Shown here in pieces: positions 45,624 to 55,488 of a stretch of 64,000 bases of DNA. A program made the position numbers and the translations under genes. Under the pieces are notes generated by a model. That model searched no databases and was not told the origin of the DNA. It worked only from the letters and a program-made list of their open reading frames with translations. The DNA is from an uncultured Bacteriovorax sp. (GTDB taxonomy: Bacteria > Bdellovibrionota > Bacteriovoracia > Bacteriovoracales > Bacteriovoracaceae), in contig CAZQJK010000009.1 in NCBI GenBank assembly GCA_964593545.1, positions 17,505-81,504 of the forward strand. Direction: 5' to 3'. The stretch's first letter is position 1; each line of letters begins with the position of its first letter.

Positions 45624-45745
45624 GGGCCATCTTTATTAAAAGGTAATAATATTTGATTTCTTTTAAAATTAATAGATTAATATGAAAAATTTGCACTATA
45701 TAAGAGTTTATCGGCACTTTGCGCACTACAGCACGGCAATATTTA

Positions 45746-48595
45746 CTAGAATTGGCCAATAGTTACGTGAAATCTTCCAAAGTTTTCTCTATTGCCGTCA
45801 CTTCTTTCCCTTTTAAGTTTAACACCGTAGTCAAAGTCGAGTGATCCAACTGGTGTTAAAAGTTTAAAGCTGACACCTGTTGACGTTCTAAGTTCATTAA
45901 GGTCGACGTTATCAATATAGACACGGCCCGCATCCACAAAAAGAGCAACGACTGAAGAATCATCTATATAGTAACGACCTTCAACCTTAAAGTTTACAAG
46001 ATAAGCACTGTCTCTAATAATGACATCAGAGAGGTCTGTTCCGTCTACGAGCTTGTTACTTTCATTATCTGAGAAACCTCTTAGTAGATCTATTCCAGAC
46101 AGTCTAAAGGCCTTTAAGCTTGGGATATATCCCCTTGTGTTCTGCTTACCTGATTCTGCATCTAAAGATGGTGTCCCATCATCATTATAAACAAGCTCAT
46201 TTGCAAAGTTTTTTTCTGCACCAACAGTGACTGAACTAGCTAAGGTCATTTTACCAATTGGAATATAGAAATAACTCCTTAGCACGGCTCTATTATAATT
46301 TATTGTAAGATCTTTATCGTTTTGCGATCCAAAATAGGGATTAGCAAATTCCCATGAAAAATTAAACCATGCACCAGATCTCGTTACTGTCGGATTATCT
46401 CTAAAATCAAGCGTAAAGGATGGAGTTATCGCACCAATTCTGTAACGGTCATTATCGATGTCGAGTGTTGCATCAAACTGTCTAATTACATCGAGTTCAT
46501 ATCTAACATTATATTGAAAATATTTATTGACCGTCTTACTAAGACTTGGTGAAACAGAGAAAATGTCTGCATCAAAAGAATTATATCTCTTCCGTTGAAA
46601 TTTTGCTGTCGTTCTCCACTCTAATGGACTATCAAAAAATCCATATAGGAGGTACGGCTCGATATATTGAATCTGAGCAATACCTTCGAGTAGATGCTTA
46701 TCTGCCAATCTTCTTTCTTCATCGAGATCCGATAAGGAGGTTCTATAGTTAGCTTGTAGTTTTGTAATCCAACTTCGATTCATCCCTTTATAGTTATTAT
46801 ATGATGTCGTGAATGAAACTTTATAGCCGAGATCTGTACGATACCCTGGAGCGACTTCCCCTCGACCAAAATCTTTTTCTCTAACCTTAATAATAAAATT
46901 CAGATCAACTGAGTTATCATCGCGTTTTTTTCCAACAAAAGGAGTTATATTCACAGAAGAGAACAGGCCTAAACCTCTTAAACGATTTACAAAATCATTC
47001 ATCGCAGATGGAGTGACGATCTCACCTTTTTTAATCCTTAGCTCTCTTTCGACGACGATATCTTGTGTCTCTTGATTACCAGTTATGAGAACATCTCCAA
47101 AATAAGATTTTTTTCCCGACTCGAATACTAAGTTCATTACTACAGTTTTATCTGCATTATTAATGACAATTATATCCTTTGGATTTTTAACCTTATATGA
47201 AGCAAAGTAGTAACCTTCTTGCTTAACAATATCGAGGGCTTTTTTTAGATCGTTATCAACCTCTGTAACATTGAAAGATAGTTTCTCCTTATTTACTAAT
47301 TCATTAATAATCTTTGCTTTCGCATCACTGTTAGAGATACCTTGAATATTAATATTTGAGACTTTATAAAGGTTGTTTTCATTTATTTTATAAGTCACAA
47401 AAGCGGATTTCTCATCTTCAGAGAAAGCAATTAAAGGTGATTCAATTGATGAGAATACATATCCATGGGAAACATAATACTCCCTAATATTGTTTGTTAT
47501 TTTTTCTAGTGCCTGTACATCAAGATAGCTTTTCTTGAGAAGATCAGATGACTTATCATTGTAGATGTCTTCCAATATATTATTATCAACATCTTGATTT
47601 CCAGAAAAGATAACTTCATCAAGTTTAATTTTTCGCCCCTCCTTCACATCAACAAAGAAGAAGTAATAGTCACCTTTCGAGTCTAAGCCTGTTTCTTTTC
47701 TAATTTGAAAGTCGGAATAGAAAACACCACGATTCTTATATAATTGAGACAAAGTATGAATAATTACCGAATCAGTTAGAATATCTCTATTTCCACGAAC
47801 AATTTTCTTCACTTCTCTCGATAAGTACTGGTGGTCAAAATAGGTTGAGCCATAAAAATTCAAACCGTACCTTGGCCCAAGTGAAACTGACATTTTTACA
47901 TTAACATGTGTCTTTTGATTATCTATTTCATCTTTTATCGAGACTTGCCAGTAACCTAATTTTTCAAGACGTGCTCTATATTCGTCCAAATGCTTACTAT
48001 AAGTTACTTTATCCCATGCACGATTTTGAATCTGCTGCCAAAAGGATTTACTATTCTGCTCGATCTCACCTCTTATACCTGTGATATAGACATTTTTAAA
48101 TTTTCTGATCCCCACTTCACTTACTGCAATATTTATGTCAATCCCATCTTCAGAATCATCAATTTCATAAGAAATAGCGTTTGTAATATCTGAAAAGTAT
48201 AATTGCTGGATTCTGAGTAAGCCCTCTTGCAGTTTCGTGTCATCAAAATAATCACCTTTTCTCAATGAAAAGATTTCACTTAAGCGACTCTGAAGACTTG
48301 AGTCTTTAACTTCAAAATTTATGCCAATAATTTTCTTTTTTATTTTAACATCAAGAGTAAGTGTAGATTTCTCAATGGAAAAAAAGAATGTCTTATAATA
48401 CTGCTTATCAACTTCAAAGTTAAAGAAAGAATATATTTGCTCTTCGGTGAGGTTTTTATTTTTTAACTCATTAAACTTCTGCGTAATTTGATCACATTCA
48501 ATACTGCTATCACATTTCACGACAACTTCTTTCACTTCGAAAGAGAATGCACTTAATGCAACTATTAATATTATTAAAATTCTTAGTATGACCAT
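45746..48595 (-). CDS. Omp85/TamA-like outer membrane protein with POTRA domains
   Basis: ITGNQETQDIVVEREL POTRA, LRGF, FVDAG, DFDYG, terminal F. Confidence 0.88.
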   Translation of the reverse strand: MVILRILIILIVALSAFSFEVKEVVVKCDSSIECDQITQKFNELKNKNLTEEQIYSFFNFEVDKQYYKTFFFSIEKSTLTLDVKIKKKIIGINFEVKDSSLQSRLSEIFSLRKGDYFDDTKLQEGLLRIQQLYFSDITNAISYEIDDSEDGIDINIAVSEVGIRKFKNVYITGIRGEIEQNSKSFWQQIQNRAWDKVTYSKHLDEYRARLEKLGYWQVSIKDEIDNQKTHVNVKMSVSLGPRYGLNFYGSTYFDHQYLSREVKKIVRGNRDILTDSVIIHTLSQLYKNRGVFYSDFQIRKETGLDSKGDYYFFFVDVKEGRKIKLDEVIFSGNQDVDNNILEDIYNDKSSDLLKKSYLDVQALEKITNNIREYYVSHGYVFSSIESPLIAFSEDEKSAFVTYKINENNLYKVSNINIQGISNSDAKAKIINELVNKEKLSFNVTEVDNDLKKALDIVKQEGYYFASYKVKNPKDIIVINNADKTVVMNLVFESGKKSYFGDVLITGNQETQDIVVERELRIKKGEIVTPSAMNDFVNRLRGLGLFSSVNITPFVGKKRDDNSVDLNFIIKVREKDFGRGEVAPGYRTDLGYKVSFTTSYNNYKGMNRSWITKLQANYRTSLSDLDEERRLADKHLLEGIAQIQYIEPYLLYGFFDSPLEWRTTAKFQRKRYNSFDADIFSVSPSLSKTVNKYFQYNVRYELDVIRQFDATLDIDNDRYRIGAITPSFTLDFRDNPTVTRSGAWFNFSWEFANPYFGSQNDKDLTINYNRAVLRSYFYIPIGKMTLASSVTVGAEKNFANELVYNDDGTPSLDAESGKQNTRGYIPSLKAFRLSGIDLLRGFSDNESNKLVDGTDLSDVIIRDSAYLVNFKVEGRYYIDDSSVVALFVDAGRVYIDNVDLNELRTSTGVSFKLLTPVGSLDFDYGVKLKRERSDGNRENFGRFHVTIGQF

Positions 48596-51500
48596 CGATA
48601 TTTGACATCAGCTCCTACCGAGCCACTATCTCCTTCCTTATTTTCATTACTTGTTCCTGTGCCCGTTTCAAATACTCCTTGAATAGACCAGTTATCATTT
48701 AGGTTTAAATCAATATTCATTTCTTGCTTTTGCCCCTCTTCATTTCCAAATGTGTTCGAAAAAGTAACGCCAACATTATCTGTAACTTTTTTCTGAATTT
48801 TCAACTTTGTAGCCGTCTTTCCTCGAGTTGCAGATTCATTTTTAGAAGCTTGTATAGGAGTATCATCGCTTTCACTGATCTCTGGTAAAACAGATAATTT
48901 TAACCCAAGAGTTGAATCCAGACCATCATTAATTTTTAGTTGATCTACTATTAAAGTTCCCAAACCGATTGTAGTCAATGAAGCACGATCCTTTTCTTCC
49001 AAATTTTTTGTAAAGTCTGATGTCACTCCAAGAGCGAGTAGTGAAAAGATGTCTTCCTTTGATAGCGAAGGATTTGACTCCATATTGATTTTTAAATCAT
49101 CTTCACTACCAACAACATCCATCTTGATATCATATTGATTGATTTTCGCTTCAGAAGTAAAATTAACATTTAAAACGTTTGTATTGCTATTTACATCATA
49201 AGTTACGACGCCTTCATTTATGATGAATTCATTTCCTTTAAATTTGAATTTACTAAATGCAGGAATAACATTTAAGACAGCTTTGACATCTGGAGCCATG
49301 GGATTACCCTTGATATTAGCACTTGCTTTGACAAGAATATCCGACAATCTATTTTTGATATGGATATTGTCTTTTGTTAACGCACTAATATTAAGTTTTA
49401 TGATATCTGGGAGCCCACGCTTTTGTACATCGATATATTTGTCAATACTCTTTAAATAACCACTACTACCTGTAAAAGCTGTAAATTCATCTTCAACAAT
49501 CCCACTATTTATAATTGCACTTCCTCTCAATGAATATGGAAACTGTGAACCAACAAGGTCAAACACACCACCTATATTTATACGTGAATTTTCAGCAATC
49601 GGATAAGTAACTTCATCTAGCTTAAGAGTAAGATTCACAACAGGATAAGGAATTTTAAATCCAATTCGACCTTTTCCGAATATTTTCCCACCACCTAAGT
49701 AGCCACTTAATTCTTTCAGCTCCCAATAGTCCGTCGTTAAGACTGATTGCATTTCAACATTATTAAGAGACACAGGAACATCTTTAACAAAAACAGTTAA
49801 ATCATTCGCATCTATTTCGTGAGAATTATCGAAACTCTCTGCATTTCCAGTAAAAACACCTTTTCCACTAATTGTCCCATTTGCTCTCTCAATTTTATCA
49901 CTCAATAAGTGCAAGTAAGTTAGGTCAAAACTAAAACTTTCCTCTAGCTTTGCAAGCTTATTAAAATCGCCCACCCCTGTAAGTTGATAATTCCCCCCAG
50001 AGCCTTCTAATCCTATATCCATTGTACTGATTTTGGATTTTTCAACTTCAATTCGATTAAGAGATTCCTCACTGAGCCTTACTTCTTTGTTAAATTTTTT
50101 CAAGTAGAATTTATCTAACTTGAGTTTTGCATCAATATGTTTTAAGTCATCCATCCTTGCACCTAATGTAAGTTGCCCTTTTACCTCTCCGGCCAATTCA
50201 GAATCATAGATATTGTGTAATGATAGAATTCCTAAAAGTAATCTTAGGTCTGATATATCGACATTTGTATTAAATCGAGAGTACTCTTTCTTTCTTTCAC
50301 CAAGAAATACTTTAGAGTCAAATTTAACACGCGATCCTAGTAGAGCTCCTGAAGTGATTAGCTCATTATTATCAATACTAAACATGATACTTGAAGGTTT
50401 AATCTTCTTTCGTCCAACACTTGAACCTAGAAGCAATAATTGACCTCCACCTTTAAAACCATTTCTAACTTTTTCTAATTTCACTTCTCCATTAAGACTA
50501 CCATCATACCCGAGCCCTAATTTACGATAAAAAATAAAATCATTTAAGTTCATTCCCTCAAAGTCAAAGTCGACAAGTTTAACACCCTCTTTAAAACCAA
50601 GCTGAAATTTTCCATTTATATTACCGTTATCTCTTAAAATTTTAACTCTATTCAATTTAAGATCGTCTTGGTCAATAATTAAAGAAAAGGAGATACTTTT
50701 CAATGTTTCATTCATGATGCTAAATTTTTCAGATTTTAAATTATTTTCAATTCTTATATTTTTAAAATTTCCACTTAAGGTACTTCTTCCAGACAACCAT
50801 CCATCGAAGTATTCAGTAATATCTTTTATCTCATCCCAGATAGGTGTAATGATACTGCGAAGCCCCTGTATTTGAATTTTATCAGAATCAATTACAAGAT
50901 TTAAGTTTTCCTTTTTTAAATCTACCGACCCTGTAATTCCAAGAAGGTTACTATTTGCTGTTTTTATTTTCTTCACTTGTATTTCTTCTTGCTCAAATGA
51001 ATAAGCAAGAGAGACAATTGAATCATCAGGAATTTCATATCCTAGCACGGCGAGATTAATAATCTTTCCCGAGCTTAAATGAACATTTACGTCAGGACTT
51101 ATGCCTTCAAAATTAGCCTCCACATCCCCATGTCCCTCAACAATATTTCCAATTTCTCCCCCAAGGGATTTAAAATCTAAATCTTTGGCATCAAGCTTAA
51201 TTGCCAACTTTTCGCCAATCGTACCTTGAACGTTTATCGCACTTTCGTTAAGTAGACCCTTGGCCTTTAAATATACCGTGTCGCCGGCCTCGAGGTAGAA
51301 TTCGGGGAGATTAATCATACTTATATTTAATACATTATCTTGGTTTCCAACTCTAACGTCTTTTAGGTTAAGCGGAGAAAGACCAGTAATTTTAAAAACA
51401 CCTTTATCGAAGTTAACTGCTGCGTCGACACTTATATTTGTTTTTAAAACTTTGAAATCTTCCCCTAGAAAATATAGAAGATCATGCGAGAACATATTTT

Positions 51501-52524
51501 TGACACTCGCTCTGACTTCACCAACTGAAGATTTATTCAAATCAATGTTAACGTCCTGAGTTAGCTTAACGGAACCAGATCCTTTAGAGATATTTAACTT
51601 ATTTATATTAATCTGCTTTTTTGAAAAACTTCCTCTAAATTCAAGCTCGTCTGCATCAACATACATATTTTTGAATTTTTCCAATTTTCCACGAAATTGA
51701 ATATTAGGACTCTGAACGGCTCCTTCAATACTTAAAAGGCATGAAGCAATTCCAGACTCAGCATACTTTTGCAAATCTGTGTTATACAAAATTTCCCCGA
51801 TATCTCCGCTATAATCTACTTCGAGATTAACAGGATAATCTTTCTGTATAAAAATTTCGCCAATAAGTTTTCCCTCAGCCGTGTTCTTACTTATATAAGC
51901 TTCAGTTATTCTTATTTTCTCGTTAAGAATTTCACCTCGGACTTTAATTTGATCAATTTCATATTTTTCAACTTCCAAGTTAGAAATTTCAAACTCAAAG
52001 TCTAGTGAGCTTTGATATATTTTCAGGTTAAACTCTTTAACAGGGATTAAATTTTGATCTTTAAAAATATCTACATTTATGAGTTCGAACTCACCAAGAC
52101 CAAAAGGCAACCTAGGAAGAACCTGTTGAGATATGATTTTAAATGGATTAACCAGTTCATCTCCATCATCTTTTTCTGTCGGGAATATTTTAACGTATCC
52201 ATTTTCAAAGAGGATTTTTGAAATACGCAAGTCACTTCTAAACATGTCCCAAAATGATAGTTCAACTCCTAATGTACCAAATGAAGCATCGACAACCCCA
52301 GGAATAGTTCCCTTTATATTTTCTAAACTTGTTCTTAGCGGAAACAGAGAAAATGAAATTTTTTCTATTTCTATTTGTGCATCTGTAATTTGAGAAATCC
52401 TGTAATTTACTTGATTAGATACTATTGTTCCGAAATAGGAGCTTTGTATAAAATTTACGATCGCTGCAAAAAAAATAACAATAACAAAAATAAAAAGTAC
52501 AAGAAACTTATTAATTCTTCTCAT
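48583..52524 (-). CDS. tamB: TamB (translocation and assembly module)
   Basis: N-terminal TM, long beta-taenia region, C-terminal S.PSLSKEDIFSLL...KYRWSY. Confidence 0.85.
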   Translation of the reverse strand: MRRINKFLVLFIFVIVIFFAAIVNFIQSSYFGTIVSNQVNYRISQITDAQIEIEKISFSLFPLRTSLENIKGTIPGVVDASFGTLGVELSFWDMFRSDLRISKILFENGYVKIFPTEKDDGDELVNPFKIISQQVLPRLPFGLGEFELINVDIFKDQNLIPVKEFNLKIYQSSLDFEFEISNLEVEKYEIDQIKVRGEILNEKIRITEAYISKNTAEGKLIGEIFIQKDYPVNLEVDYSGDIGEILYNTDLQKYAESGIASCLLSIEGAVQSPNIQFRGKLEKFKNMYVDADELEFRGSFSKKQININKLNISKGSGSVKLTQDVNIDLNKSSVGEVRASVKNMFSHDLLYFLGEDFKVLKTNISVDAAVNFDKGVFKITGLSPLNLKDVRVGNQDNVLNISMINLPEFYLEAGDTVYLKAKGLLNESAINVQGTIGEKLAIKLDAKDLDFKSLGGEIGNIVEGHGDVEANFEGISPDVNVHLSSGKIINLAVLGYEIPDDSIVSLAYSFEQEEIQVKKIKTANSNLLGITGSVDLKKENLNLVIDSDKIQIQGLRSIITPIWDEIKDITEYFDGWLSGRSTLSGNFKNIRIENNLKSEKFSIMNETLKSISFSLIIDQDDLKLNRVKILRDNGNINGKFQLGFKEGVKLVDFDFEGMNLNDFIFYRKLGLGYDGSLNGEVKLEKVRNGFKGGGQLLLLGSSVGRKKIKPSSIMFSIDNNELITSGALLGSRVKFDSKVFLGERKKEYSRFNTNVDISDLRLLLGILSLHNIYDSELAGEVKGQLTLGARMDDLKHIDAKLKLDKFYLKKFNKEVRLSEESLNRIEVEKSKISTMDIGLEGSGGNYQLTGVGDFNKLAKLEESFSFDLTYLHLLSDKIERANGTISGKGVFTGNAESFDNSHEIDANDLTVFVKDVPVSLNNVEMQSVLTTDYWELKELSGYLGGGKIFGKGRIGFKIPYPVVNLTLKLDEVTYPIAENSRINIGGVFDLVGSQFPYSLRGSAIINSGIVEDEFTAFTGSSGYLKSIDKYIDVQKRGLPDIIKLNISALTKDNIHIKNRLSDILVKASANIKGNPMAPDVKAVLNVIPAFSKFKFKGNEFIINEGVVTYDVNSNTNVLNVNFTSEAKINQYDIKMDVVGSEDDLKINMESNPSLSKEDIFSLLALGVTSDFTKNLEEKDRASLTTIGLGTLIVDQLKINDGLDSTLGLKLSVLPEISESDDTPIQASKNESATRGKTATKLKIQKKVTDNVGVTFSNTFGNEEGQKQEMNIDLNLNDNWSIQGVFETGTGTSNENKEGDSGSVGADVKYRWSY

Positions 52525-53465
52525 TTTATGTCACTCCACTGTGACTTTATTTTTCTGTCTCTTATTCTATTTTGAAGTGATTCATATTTCTTAGTTTCAC
52601 CAAGCTGTAAGTATTTATTTGCGATTTTATCAACTAACATGAAGTAGATTTCTGAAGTAATTCCATCCTCATAAAGTGACTCTCTAGCACTTGCCAGCTC
52701 GACTAGGATGTCGTTACAACTGCCGCGAGGTCCATAGTTAATTTGTTCAGACGATCTTCTCTCATCAATTGCTTCTAACTTTGTCTCATACTCTACTTCT
52801 GATTTTATACTTTTTAATTCTCTTTCTAGCTTTGGGTACACTTCAAGCAATAGCTCTTTTAACTTAAAGCTATTACTTTCTTGCGCAAGAATCACTACCT
52901 CATCCAAGAGATCATCGGCTTGTGAGATTTCACTTAAGCCAACGAGGAAAGCTCCAAGAATTTTGTGCAAAGGATAGACTTCGGCACACTTAAAAAACTC
53001 TCTTCTCAAATCTTTATTTTGAAAATATATATTTGCATTATCTATTATTGAATTAAAGTCGTAATCTAAACTTTCTGTTCTAATGTCACCTGTTCTTAAT
53101 TTTACAGTTTCAAGATATTTTAAATTTTCAAACTTAGGAATATTCAAGAGTTCAATTACTTTTGTCAGTTGAATAATTCTTGTGTACCTTTTTGATTTTA
53201 ATAAACTTTCAAAGATAACTTTAATTTCTTTTTTATAAAGATTTACTTTACCGACTCTAAAATATGATAAAACGAGAATAATATTTTCAAAAAATCCATT
53301 ATCTTCTCTCGTATATTGTTTTATAAAATTACGACACTCATCATCTGAAAGTTCTTTATAATCATAGAAAAATTGGAAAAAGGAATCATCACTCTTATAT
53401 AAAGAGAGCTGTTGATTTCCATCTTCAAACCAATTTTTCACAAATGTTTCTATAGTGGATGACAA
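52521..53465 (-). CDS. Hypothetical helical protein
   Basis: 314-aa ORF, 4-nt overlap with tamB start. Confidence 0.7.
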   Translation of the reverse strand: MSSTIETFVKNWFEDGNQQLSLYKSDDSFFQFFYDYKELSDDECRNFIKQYTREDNGFFENIILVLSYFRVGKVNLYKKEIKVIFESLLKSKRYTRIIQLTKVIELLNIPKFENLKYLETVKLRTGDIRTESLDYDFNSIIDNANIYFQNKDLRREFFKCAEVYPLHKILGAFLVGLSEISQADDLLDEVVILAQESNSFKLKELLLEVYPKLERELKSIKSEVEYETKLEAIDERRSSEQINYGPRGSCNDILVELASARESLYEDGITSEIYFMLVDKIANKYLQLGETKKYESLQNRIRDRKIKSQWSDIK

Positions 53466-53566
53466 TGCATCACCATCATAAATTTCATACTTACATTATA
53501 CCCTAAGTGCCTATTAATACAGACAAAGAGCAGTTCTTTCCTAAGTAAGATATATCTTTTTTTGAG

Positions 53567-53592
53567 AAAAAAAAGGCCTCAAGAATGAGGCC
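53567..53592 (-). terminator. Terminator after efp
   Basis: GGCCTC-N6-GAGGCC followed by a T-run on the minus strand. Confidence 0.85.
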
Positions 53593-53599
53593 ATTAAGA

Positions 53600-54172
53600 T
53601 TATTTATTTACTCTTTCTACGTAATCACCAGTTCTCGTATCTATTTTAAGAATCTCACCTTCTTTAATAAATAATGGAACGTTTACTTGAAGACCTGTAT
53701 CCATAATTGCCTTCTTTAGTCCACCTTGAGCAGTATCACCTTTTAGGCCTGGATCTGTTTCCTTAACTTCAAGCTCAACAAAATTTGGTAATTCAATTGA
53801 GATTGGCTTGTTGTTATAATAAAGAACAAATAATTTTATCCCTTCCTGAAGGTAATTGGCCGCATCACCAACATAATCTGTAGCAACATGAATAGTTTCA
53901 AAGTTTGACTGATCCATGAAGTTAAATCCATCAAGATCACCATACATATATTCAACTTCTCTTTCAAGAAGATCTGGCTTTAAGATGCCTGTACCTACAC
54001 CTGATTTATATGTTCTCTCTAAGAGAGTTCCAGTCTCCAAGTTTTTCATTTTAAGTTTATAGAAGGCTGAGCCTTTTCCTGGATTAGTGAAATCACACTT
54101 AATTACTAGGTATGGTTTACCATCCACTTCAACTTTTAAACCTTTTCTAAAATCTGTAGTTTGAATTTCCAT
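53600..54172 (-). CDS. efp: Elongation factor P
   Basis: PGKGSAF, PGLKGDTA, VPLFI, IDTRTG. Confidence 0.97.
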   Translation of the reverse strand: MEIQTTDFRKGLKVEVDGKPYLVIKCDFTNPGKGSAFYKLKMKNLETGTLLERTYKSGVGTGILKPDLLEREVEYMYGDLDGFNFMDQSNFETIHVATDYVGDAANYLQEGIKLFVLYYNNKPISIELPNFVELEVKETDPGLKGDTAQGGLKKAIMDTGLQVNVPLFIKEGEILKIDTRTGDYVERVNK

Positions 54173-54184
54173 GAGATCTTCCTT

Positions 54185-54619
54185 TTAATCAATTAACGAT
54201 ATTACTGCGAGATAATAAACTTTTTTTCCTAAACCTTCTATCATACCAGTTGAGGATTGGGCAGTAATTTTTGTCTTTCTGAAGTCTTCTCTTCTATTTG
54301 TATTGGATAAATGTACTTCAATGATAGGAATTTTCAGCATACTTAAAGCATCTAAGATAGCTATACTTGTATGCGAGAAAGCTCCAGGATTAATAATTAA
54401 ACCACTGAAATCACTGCTAAACGTATCATGAATCTTTTCAATTATCTCTTCTTCACTATTTGACTGGTACCAACTTGTTTCAACAGTTTTTCCAAGTTTT
54501 TTTAACTCATCATTTGTATATTTCTCAATATCGGACAAGCTATCTTTACCATATATTTCAGGCTCACGCTTTCCTAACATATTGAGATTTGGTCCATTGA
54601 TAATCAAAAACTTTTTCAC
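54185..54619 (-). CDS. aroQ: Type II 3-dehydroquinate dehydratase
   Basis: NGPNLNMLGKREPEIYG, INPGAFSHTS, EVHLSN. Confidence 0.96.
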   Translation of the reverse strand: MKKFLIINGPNLNMLGKREPEIYGKDSLSDIEKYTNDELKKLGKTVETSWYQSNSEEEIIEKIHDTFSSDFSGLIINPGAFSHTSIAILDALSMLKIPIIEVHLSNTNRREDFRKTKITAQSSTGMIEGLGKKVYYLAVISLID

Positions 54620-55485
54620 TTTAAAACAACCTCTTGGGCACGACTTTGAATTTTTGCAAGAAATAACTCATATGCCATTTTTAATTTGCCCGAATTATCT
54701 TCCTCGGCTTCGACAATTTTAGATGCTTTTTGGTCGAAGATCTTCATTAAGTCATCATGTCCAGAGCTAGCTGACAACTGTTCACGAATTTCGACTATCC
54801 GACTAGCGACTTTCGTATCATCTGGGTTTAACTCAAGGGCCTTTTCAAGAATCTCAAGCGCCTTATCCTTTGCACCTTGTTTTAAATAGAGATCGACAAG
54901 TGTGTGACTAAAGAATGGTGACTCATTATCACTATCTTTTTCATCATACACCTCTTCACTTTCTTCTTCGGCCGGAACACTTTCTTCAACTAAGCTGAGT
55001 TGTGTCCATTCATCTAAAACTTCATTTTCAAGTGAGTCAACTTCAAACTGGACAACATCTTTACGAATTACTGATGTATTTAAATCTTCATATTTAGCAA
55101 CAAACTCTGAAGCATACTGATCTTTAGGATTAAAAAATAGAATTGTCTTATTATATTTAAGAGCGTTTTCAATATCAGAGGTCTGTTCAGCACAAGTCGC
55201 AATATTTTTTAAGAATTTTATATTATCGCCACTAATACGAATTAAAGGCTTAAGTACCGAATATGCTTTTTTATAATCTCCGGTATCGATCAAGCAAGAT
55301 GAGTATCCAATTATACCTAGGCTGTATCCTGGATTGTACTTAAGACCAGTTTCATAAGCCCCCAGTGCCTTATCAATCAATCCTAGTTTTCTGTATATTT
55401 CACCTAAAGGAGCAAAGACCCTTGATTGAGGGTCTTGCTTTAATGTTTGAATATATTTTTCTATTAAGTTTGAGTAGTCTGACAT
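54616..55485 (-). CDS. TPR protein with FimV-like C-terminal motif
   Basis: TPR pattern; HTLVDLYLKQGAKDKALEIL. Confidence 0.8.
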   Translation of the reverse strand: MSDYSNLIEKYIQTLKQDPQSRVFAPLGEIYRKLGLIDKALGAYETGLKYNPGYSLGIIGYSSCLIDTGDYKKAYSVLKPLIRISGDNIKFLKNIATCAEQTSDIENALKYNKTILFFNPKDQYASEFVAKYEDLNTSVIRKDVVQFEVDSLENEVLDEWTQLSLVEESVPAEEESEEVYDEKDSDNESPFFSHTLVDLYLKQGAKDKALEILEKALELNPDDTKVASRIVEIREQLSASSGHDDLMKIFDQKASKIVEAEEDNSGKLKMAYELFLAKIQSRAQEVVLK

Positions 55486-55488
55486 AAT

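Noticed and set aside
45708-45735. Perfect sigma28 -10 box GCCGATAA pointing at rplM
   Set aside because: No -35 at the correct spacing, and rplM has its own sigma70-type promoter
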